Source of the DNA: a virus
Length of the DNA: 64,000 nt
Direction: 5' to 3' (one strand)
IMG/VR virus record: IMGVR_UViG_3300035698_004085
Span: 32,001 to 96,000 of that record
Each line of letters opens with the position of its first letter. The stretch's first letter is position 1. The notes under the pieces were generated by a model that was given only the letters and a program-made list of their open reading frames with translations, made no database searches and had not been told where the DNA came from. Positions 50,464 through 57,404 of the stretch are shown here, piece after piece. Both the position numbers and the translations under genes were made by a program.

Positions 50464-51690
50464 GTGACAAAAGAAGAAATGACCGTAGAAGAGAAACCAG
50501 CACTCCAAATTGACCCTCTTTCCCAGTCTTATAAAGCTACTGTTTCAGTTAGCTATGAGGAACTTAGAGAAGCTTGTGACGAATATTGGGATAAGAACAA
50601 GGAAGCCCTAGCCAAGGGTTACAAAGGCAAGAAAGGTAAAGGCGGTAAACTAGACTTTAAGAAGGCTAAACTGGCTCTAGAGGCTAATGTAGGGACTTCT
50701 AAGCTGTATAGACAAGTATTCTCAGAGAAGGCTAGCTCTGCAGTTGATGCTCTAGCTGATAAAGAGATCATGCTTATCACTGATTCAGCTGTTTTTAATT
50801 TTGAGCCTGACGCTGAGCCTACTGTGCTAATCATTTTCCATTATTGGCCAGAACTCATTAGAAATGGAGATCTAGACTTTGATCTAACCAGACTTGTTCC
50901 ACGCGACTTTGAACAAGCTTATGTTGAGAGGTGTAATGATCTTTCCCTTCAGAATCCTCTCCATCCACCTTTGGAGAATGACTCTGAAATTAGACCTAAT
51001 CATCGCGTTCTAATGGATGTTATTACGTCTTGTGAGGGAGAACCTTGTGAAGACGGAACTGTAAGAGGTCAATGGAATCAGGTTAAGGATCTGGCAGTAA
51101 CAGAACTTATTGAAGGAATTTGCGCTCATAAGAAGGGAGACTTGTTTGAAGTCTCTTTTGATAGTCCTTATGACGGAGATTCTAAGGGTAAGACTCTTGA
51201 TGCTCACGTAAAGATCCACGAGACGACTGAAGTGGTGTATATCAGCGTTGATTCTGATGAGCTTTATAAAATTGTTAATTGCGATACTAGAGAAGCTTTT
51301 AAAGAGAAGTTCGAGCAAGAGTACGCTGCTTACATGGATAATTCTGAGAAGCATCAGGCTTATAACCACATTATGGAGCAGGTTGTAATGTCTGGGAAGA
51401 TTGAGCCTCCACCTCAGCAATATTTGAATCTTCAGGTTGATTCTGCCATTAAGCGTCACTTTGAGCAATTTAAGGGTGACAAGGTTAAAGCGCTCCAGGT
51501 TGTAGGGGCTAAAAACGAGTCTGAGTTAGCAGAGTTGTTCCAGGGTAACTTCATTCAAGAGATTGTTAAGCAAATGGGCATTAAGTGGTATGCAAAAGAG
51601 TACGGCATTGATTCAGACGCTGAGAATGTAGCCAGTCATATGCTTACTCAAATCACTTGGAAAGACCCTGATCCTATTAAAGCTGACTAA
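50464..51690 (+). CDS. tig: Trigger factor-like chaperone (N-domain, FKBP-like domain, C-domain)
   Basis: 408 aa. N: KATVSVS.EEL...GYKGKK. FKBP-like: VLMDV....EGEP.EDG...IEGI..HKKGD.FEV.F......GK.....VKIHE. C: DSDELYK...T.EAFKE...PPQQYLN. Confidence 0.7.
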   Translation: MTKEEMTVEEKPALQIDPLSQSYKATVSVSYEELREACDEYWDKNKEALAKGYKGKKGKGGKLDFKKAKLALEANVGTSKLYRQVFSEKASSAVDALADKEIMLITDSAVFNFEPDAEPTVLIIFHYWPELIRNGDLDFDLTRLVPRDFEQAYVERCNDLSLQNPLHPPLENDSEIRPNHRVLMDVITSCEGEPCEDGTVRGQWNQVKDLAVTELIEGICAHKKGDLFEVSFDSPYDGDSKGKTLDAHVKIHETTEVVYISVDSDELYKIVNCDTREAFKEKFEQEYAAYMDNSEKHQAYNHIMEQVVMSGKIEPPPQQYLNLQVDSAIKRHFEQFKGDKVKALQVVGAKNESELAELFQGNFIQEIVKQMGIKWYAKEYGIDSDAENVASHMLTQITWKDPDPIKAD

Positions 51691-51764
51691 TTCCTGCTTT
51701 TTCTCTCCTCTTAGTATGTTATATACTAGTTCATTTTAAAATACAGTTTTAGAGAGGTAATGAC

Positions 51765-52361
51765 TTGAAGAAATTAATGAATTGTTCAACTCCTTATTGC
51801 GACAGTAGGATATTGGTAAGAGAGGTTGAGGAAGAAGACTACGTATTTTGTCCTAAGTGCAGGGGAGATCATTCTCTATGCGTTCTTAAAACACAGGTAG
51901 ACCATGATAAACCGATAAAAGAAGTTATTATGGATGCTAGAATATTCAAGAGCGCTAATGGAATGGCTGACTATGCTGGAGTGTCTTTTGTTTCGATGTA
52001 TAATTGGATCAAGAAGTACTTTAATATGTCTTTTCAGGAGTTTAGAAGGAAATACATTTGTAAGTCAGAGAAATGCTACTTGTTGAATATCAAAAGGTCT
52101 TCTTATAGTCGTAATGACTACATCCTTAAAAAGATTAGGTCAAGGAGTAATAGTTGTGCCTGTATTAACTCTTTAGAGCCTAACTATATAATGACTAATT
52201 GCCCACCTTCTACGGTTTCAGGTATTCTTAGGGGCGCTCCAAAGATCACTAAACTCTCCGATAATTTATTTGCATTATCCCCGAAACCTGTTAATTTTGG
52301 GTTTTTAAATCCTATAACCTTTGGTGATGTAACGCCTTTCCATTTTGTGGAAGCTGCTTAA
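51765..52361 (+). CDS. Zinc-finger + HTH-like putative transcription regulator
   Basis: C....C...CPKC; MADYAGVSFVSMYNWIKKYFNMSFQEFRR. Confidence 0.55.
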   Translation: MKKLMNCSTPYCDSRILVREVEEEDYVFCPKCRGDHSLCVLKTQVDHDKPIKEVIMDARIFKSANGMADYAGVSFVSMYNWIKKYFNMSFQEFRRKYICKSEKCYLLNIKRSSYSRNDYILKKIRSRSNSCACINSLEPNYIMTNCPPSTVSGILRGAPKITKLSDNLFALSPKPVNFGFLNPITFGDVTPFHFVEAA

Positions 52362-52405
52362 AATAATGGTTGAAAGTTTAAAAACCCAACTATTGTTGCT
52401 TTATA

Positions 52406-52741
52406 ATGGTAATCGTCATGGATAAAAAAGAATCAAAGTTTTTAGAAGAAATAGCCAAAAAAGCTGGGCTAGATCCTTCTAAAATGGATAAGAAAGCTTT
52501 TGGCAACCCTTTAGAGAACTCAATGTTCGCAAACGCGATTAAAGCTGCGTTAGTAGGGCTTGAAGTGGTTGCTATTGGTACTCTGGATATTAAACTAACT
52601 GCTATTGTTAAGCTTCTTCAATCTTGGATAAAAGACCGGGAAGAAGAACTGGCTCAAAAGCAGCAGCAAGAATATGGTTATCAGGAGAGTTATCAAGATG
52701 ACTCTTTTGGCTATAACGTAAACATTGGCGGTTATTATTAA
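52406..52741 (+). CDS. Hypothetical protein
   Basis: 111-aa ORF; start may be 52418. Confidence 0.55.
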   Translation: MVIVMDKKESKFLEEIAKKAGLDPSKMDKKAFGNPLENSMFANAIKAALVGLEVVAIGTLDIKLTAIVKLLQSWIKDREEELAQKQQQEYGYQESYQDDSFGYNVNIGGYY

Positions 52742-52754
52742 AATGGAGACTATA

Positions 52755-54095
52755 ATGAAAAAGAAAGCGAAAAGAATAATGAAAAAGAAAAGTGAACATC
52801 ACATGTGGAATGCTCAGTCAGACGATAATGGGCAAGTAACCATCAACCGGAATACTGCTGAGCGTGAAGAGTTTGAGGAGTCGGACTTCCTCATGGCTGT
52901 TACAGCAAGTTCTTGGGGATTCTTTGGCGCAAGTCTTGTAGACCAGTTTTCAAAGAAGGTTACAGCTGCTGAGAAATCTCGTTTCCAGTTAGTTGCCAAG
53001 ACTTTAAAAGCTTCTGGCGAAAAGCCTCCCCGTGTTAGATCTTGGGAAGAGCTTCGCAAGGCTTTTGGTAATGATGAGATGTCTGAGGCTCGTGAGTTCA
53101 TTTCTGACGGAATGAAGGTTCGTCAAGCTTCTAAGTTCCTTAATCTTCCTTTTATTATTGCTGCGGATCTTGTAGACGAGATTGAAGTAGTTGGTAAAAA
53201 GGCTATGAAGGATATTGTTAAACGAGTCAAAAAAGGCGATAAAAAGGTCGTAAAAGACTACGGAAAGGTTGCATCTTCTGTTAAAAGGCTGTATGATGAG
53301 GCTTTAAGAGAGGGTAATACTAAGATTGCTATTGATGATTCTGCTAAAGACTATTGGACTCAGTATTATGGTGAATACGGTGAGCAGTTGGTAGGCGAGG
53401 TTAAAAAGCGGGTTAAAGCTGATGTTGCTTACGAGTGGTTAAGACGTAATGGCGTTGATGAGGCTGCAGCAGCTTATTGGGCAAATTATTATACAGATGG
53501 AGACTATGGTAAAGACATGGTAAAAACTCCTGAGAAAAGAACTACTCCTAAAGCTAGTAGGAAGAAAGCTCAAGATGTTGATGAGATGAAAGAGGCTCTT
53601 GAGATTTATATTAATGAATATGGAACCGAAGAGGGTTTTGTACAGTGGTTTTTAACTGGAGTTCGATCAACGGCTAGTAAGAAAGCTCAAGACGTTAATG
53701 AGATGAAAGAGGCTCTTGATATTTATATTAATGAATATGGAACCGAAGAGGGATTTGTACAGTGGTTTTTAACCGGAGTTCGATCAGCATCTAGGAAGAA
53801 AGCTCAAGATGTTGATGAGATGAAAGAGGCTCTTGAGATTTATATTAATGAATATGGAACCGAAGATGGTTTTGTACAGTGGTTTTTAACCGGAGTTCGC
53901 TCAGCATCTAGGAAGAAAGCTAATTTGTTCGAGGACCTTAAGAGTACGCTAGTGAAAGAGGTTGGAGACTATATTAATTCTCTTCCTGCTGAAGAACAAG
54001 ATGCTGCTATGGACTTAGCTGGGCAACAAATGCAAAATTTAGTAGGGGAGTTAATGGATTATCGAGATTCTAGCATGGGAGGAGATGTTTACTAA
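52755..54095 (+). CDS. Modular KKAQ-linker protein (putative virion core polyprotein)
   Basis: GGAG RBS before ATG 52755; two YW..YY..YG modules; three 39-aa repeats bounded by KKA. Confidence 0.7.
   Translation: MKKKAKRIMKKKSEHHMWNAQSDDNGQVTINRNTAEREEFEESDFLMAVTASSWGFFGASLVDQFSKKVTAAEKSRFQLVAKTLKASGEKPPRVRSWEELRKAFGNDEMSEAREFISDGMKVRQASKFLNLPFIIAADLVDEIEVVGKKAMKDIVKRVKKGDKKVVKDYGKVASSVKRLYDEALREGNTKIAIDDSAKDYWTQYYGEYGEQLVGEVKKRVKADVAYEWLRRNGVDEAAAAYWANYYTDGDYGKDMVKTPEKRTTPKASRKKAQDVDEMKEALEIYINEYGTEEGFVQWFLTGVRSTASKKAQDVNEMKEALDIYINEYGTEEGFVQWFLTGVRSASRKKAQDVDEMKEALEIYINEYGTEDGFVQWFLTGVRSASRKKANLFEDLKSTLVKEVGDYINSLPAEEQDAAMDLAGQQMQNLVGELMDYRDSSMGGDVY
53562..53921 (+). repeat. Three tandem 117-bp (39-aa) near-identical repeats
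   Basis: aagaaagct at 53562, 53679, 53796 and 53913 (period 117). Confidence 0.95.
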
Positions 54096-54574
54096 TGAAA
54101 TTTGAAATGACAGAAAAATCGTTTAGCAGAATTGCTCAAGTTATGGATGAGGGCGTTCATACTGATAAGAAGGCTCAATCCTCAGTTGGCGGGGATCTGG
54201 GTATAGATGAGTTCACCCAAGGATATATTGAGGCTGCTTTTTGGACTGAAGATGAGAGTGAGGAGCTAGAAGACTTAGGTTTTTATGATATTGCACCAGA
54301 AGCTTTAAAGTCTGTTAGTGAGGAGTGTGACAAGTTTCAGTCCGATAACTCAAACCTTCTTTCTGAATATTATGCTGAGCGTGAGGGGGAAACGGAGGGT
54401 ACTCCAGAAGCTAATGCCGGTCATGATTTTTGGTTAACAAGAAATGGTCATGGAGTAGGCTTCTGGGATAGAGGACTTTCTGAATATCTGGGAGATGCTC
54501 TAACTGAGGCTGCTGATGCCTACGGAGAGTCTTATATGTATGCTGGTGATGACAACAAAGTGTATTTTGATTAG
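54095..54574 (+). CDS. Acidic protein with GHDFWLTRNGHGxGFWDR domain behind a KKAQ leader
   Basis: RIAQ and KKAQ within the first 28 aa, then the conserved-looking domain. Confidence 0.7.
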   Translation: MKFEMTEKSFSRIAQVMDEGVHTDKKAQSSVGGDLGIDEFTQGYIEAAFWTEDESEELEDLGFYDIAPEALKSVSEECDKFQSDNSNLLSEYYAEREGETEGTPEANAGHDFWLTRNGHGVGFWDRGLSEYLGDALTEAADAYGESYMYAGDDNKVYFD

Positions 54575-54577
54575 ACT

Positions 54578-54814
54578 ATGAATCCTTTTTCAACAACCAA
54601 TCTTCAAAAACTTGCCAATTCTAATTCCTGGCACTACTCTGAAGAAGAGGTTGTTGAAGTATTAGACAGGGTTGATGCTTTAGCTGCTAGAATGTATGAT
54701 TTTAAAACAATGCTAGAGTCTGAAGAAGATGAAGCGAGAAAGCAGGGGCTACTCGATGACTTCAACTTTACGTTAGACAAGATTGAAGAGTCTTTAAAGT
54801 GGTTTGGGGGTTAG
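54578..54814 (+). CDS. Hypothetical acidic helical protein
   Basis: 78 aa; N-terminal QKLAN. Confidence 0.55.
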   Translation: MNPFSTTNLQKLANSNSWHYSEEEVVEVLDRVDALAARMYDFKTMLESEEDEARKQGLLDDFNFTLDKIEESLKWFGG

Positions 54815-54848
54815 TTTCCTAGCTGCTTTAACAGGCTAGTTTACATAG

Positions 54849-54879
54849 GGGCTGAGAACTTAGGTTCTCAGCCCTTTCT
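54849..54879 (+). terminator. Hairpin, probable intrinsic terminator (TTAG loop)
   Basis: gggctgagaac-TTAG-gttctcagccc followed by tttct. Confidence 0.75.
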
Positions 54880-54915
54880 CGTATATTATAGATAACCTTA
54901 AAAGGAGGGTTAATA

Positions 54916-55377
54916 ATGGCTGAGTATAAATTCTGGGATGAGAGTCGAAACCTACAGGCTAAAATCTATTCAGGGTTTCCTGGCGTTGGAAAATCTTATT
55001 ATTTTATAAAATCGAATACTGGGGTTTTGGATAGTGATAGTAGCCACTTCGATAAGAAAGATTTCCCAAATAACTATATTCAACACATAAAGGATAACCT
55101 GAATATTGCAGACATCATATTTGTTAGTAGCCATAAAGAGGTTAGGGATGCTCTAGTTGAAGAAGAACTAGACTTTACGTTAGTGTATCCTGATTTGAGT
55201 TTGAAGCAAGAGTATTTAGAGCGATATAACGAAAGAGGAAGCCGTCAACTGTTTATGAATCTTATCTCTACTAATTGGGAGAATTGGTTATTAGAGCTTA
55301 TGCGGCAGGAGAAGTGCCGACATATTGTATTAAAGTCTGGTGAATTTATGTCAGATGCTCTTAAAAAAGAAGAATAA
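54916..55377 (+). CDS. Small P-loop kinase-like protein
   Basis: SGFPGVGKS; DSDSS.F; FP.NYI.HIK; AGGAGG RBS. Confidence 0.75.
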   Translation: MAEYKFWDESRNLQAKIYSGFPGVGKSYYFIKSNTGVLDSDSSHFDKKDFPNNYIQHIKDNLNIADIIFVSSHKEVRDALVEEELDFTLVYPDLSLKQEYLERYNERGSRQLFMNLISTNWENWLLELMRQEKCRHIVLKSGEFMSDALKKEE

Positions 55378-55380
55378 ATA

Positions 55381-55701
55381 ATGCACGAATCAATTGACGA
55401 TAAAGTTAAAGAACTTGAAGACAAGATAAAGAGCGCTGCTGAAATAACTCCAGAAGATGCAAAAGTCATGGAATTCTTCAGCTTTGTTAATAAGGTCAAT
55501 CAGGCAAAAGCTGAGGTTAAGGACAATGGGGAAGAGGTAGACCCTTGCCCAGACGGGTTAGAGGATTGTGATGACCTTGTGTGCCCAGAGTGTTCAGGTG
55601 CATTAGTCACTGTATCTTTTTCCTTGCCAATTCAGGTTGAATGTTCAGAATGCGGAGAACTCTTTAAATTAAGGGACCTTATAATATCTCAAAAAGATTA
55701 A
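55381..55701 (+). CDS. Zinc-ribbon protein
   Basis: CPECSG...VECSECG. Confidence 0.6.
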   Translation: MHESIDDKVKELEDKIKSAAEITPEDAKVMEFFSFVNKVNQAKAEVKDNGEEVDPCPDGLEDCDDLVCPECSGALVTVSFSLPIQVECSECGELFKLRDLIISQKD

Positions 55702-55780
55702 TGTGGTTTAAGAAAACCAAAGGGTTCAGTGGTAATATAGGGATATTGAAAAGCTAAAACTTTATTTTAGGAGATTGATT

Positions 55781-57385
55781 ATGCACCGAAATTCACGTCA
55801 AGACTTAGCAAATCTGAGCAATCAAAAAGTTGCAGGTATGAACTATTTTAAGCTCGCTCAAAACTTTGCAAAAGATATTAATGTACAGGCTGCACAAGAT
55901 CGCAGTTACGAGGAAGCTTATTACCGCAATGACGGCTCTTTGCATGAGACTCACGTTGATACCCTAAAGAGGGTTATTGCTGAAGAGCTTGCTAAAGAGA
56001 ATGCTGATATTCAGGGTACTTTACCTGTTGCTTCGGTATTTGAGGCATATCAGGTTGCTAAAAAGGCTTCTGAGGAGTTTAGTAGGGACGTTGGCGTAAT
56101 TGCTTTAGTAGGTCATCTCCAGACTAAATGGAAGCGTGATAAGACTGCAAATATGAATGCTTCAGACTTTTATAAGCTGAAAGAGTACTACAAGTTCAAT
56201 TATCCTAAGAGTGCCGCTTCTGATATTATGGAAGACATTGCTAAAAAGGGTTATGCAACTCTTGAGACAAGTAAGCTTATGGAGATTGCCTCTCAGATTG
56301 AATGCCAGGATGACTATGAGTACCAGATTCGAGCAAATCACTTGACGGCTAATAGCATCTCCAATAAAAAGGCTAGACAGTTTATTCTTGCTCTGGTTAA
56401 TGGGGAAGATTCTATAGGACAAGGCTCTGCTCCTGAAGATCGCTATATCAACAACATTGAATTCTACTGGGATGAAGATTCTAATCCTGATGATGTGGGT
56501 TGGGTATGGGTTTCTAAAGATGGAGACGCTAGGGCAGTTCCTGGAAATGAAGGTAGAGATCCAAATATTACTGATGAAGATCTTTATGAAGCGTTTTTTC
56601 AAGATCCCGCAAGCAGCTTTATGCCTGGAATAACTGGGACACGGGAGGGTGAGAATCGCTCCCCTTTTAGGCGTGAGGCTCAGTCTGGAATTTTAGGTCC
56701 TCCAGAAGAGAAGCCTGGAGCACAGCAGTACTTTCAAGAGGACTTTCATTCTTTTGATGGATTTTTAGAAGCTATTGAGCAAACTAATGATGGTTTTTTG
56801 TCTTGGTTGGAGATACCGCCTACTCAGGAAGAGTTTGATGCAGTGTTATCTATCTTAAGCGACGTTGGGTATTCTCAAGAGTCTTCCAAGATTAAAGAAG
56901 TAGTACCTGAAAACTATGAAAAGTGGATTTATGGGGATGTGTATAGCTCTCCTGAAATGGCAGTACTTGTAGAATATGGTCAGTCTCTTCAACCAATGGC
57001 AGCAGGAATGCGTGAGGCAGTTGAAGACGTGTTTGGAGAGTACTTTGATAAGGGAGCTTCTAAGAAGGCACAAGAGGGCTATGGAGAAGATGACTATGAG
57101 ACTTATGAGTCGTCCAATCCTTCTAAAATGTCTGATGATGAGCTTTATGAAGAGATAAGGGCTTTGGGACCTAAGAAGCTTTATCAAATGGAGATGAACC
57201 AGGATTTTCCAACTTTAACTTATCCAAACTTTATGGAAGTTTTTGAAAAGGTTATGTCTGACGAAGAATGGTATGAGCTTTTTCAAGATTGGATGGAAGA
57301 AGCTGAAGGCGACCCTGTAAATACTGAAATGGATACTGGGCAAGAGTATGGTAACCCTGGGGTTCCTAGCGATGCAGCTTGGTAG
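55781..57385 (+). CDS. Modular KxAQ-linker protein (putative virion core polyprotein)
   Basis: AGGAG RBS before ATG 55781; KLAQ, RREAQ (56669) and SKKAQ (57062) separate acidic blocks. Confidence 0.7.
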   Translation: MHRNSRQDLANLSNQKVAGMNYFKLAQNFAKDINVQAAQDRSYEEAYYRNDGSLHETHVDTLKRVIAEELAKENADIQGTLPVASVFEAYQVAKKASEEFSRDVGVIALVGHLQTKWKRDKTANMNASDFYKLKEYYKFNYPKSAASDIMEDIAKKGYATLETSKLMEIASQIECQDDYEYQIRANHLTANSISNKKARQFILALVNGEDSIGQGSAPEDRYINNIEFYWDEDSNPDDVGWVWVSKDGDARAVPGNEGRDPNITDEDLYEAFFQDPASSFMPGITGTREGENRSPFRREAQSGILGPPEEKPGAQQYFQEDFHSFDGFLEAIEQTNDGFLSWLEIPPTQEEFDAVLSILSDVGYSQESSKIKEVVPENYEKWIYGDVYSSPEMAVLVEYGQSLQPMAAGMREAVEDVFGEYFDKGASKKAQEGYGEDDYETYESSNPSKMSDDELYEEIRALGPKKLYQMEMNQDFPTLTYPNFMEVFEKVMSDEEWYELFQDWMEEAEGDPVNTEMDTGQEYGNPGVPSDAAW

Positions 57386-57404
57386 ATAAAAGGAATATAT
57401 AAAA

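Noticed and set aside
51712-51728. Palindrome tagtatg-tta-tatacta as an operator or promoter
   Set aside because: A single short AT-rich instance; I found no second copy.
53562-53921. Possible CRISPR array
   Set aside because: The units are near-identical along their whole 117 bp with no unique spacers, and they are in-frame coding. No cas genes are present.
55700-55780. Phage late-promoter consensus upstream of structural or polyprotein genes
   Set aside because: I could not find a consistent motif by eye across the few intergenic gaps; this needs genome-wide motif discovery.
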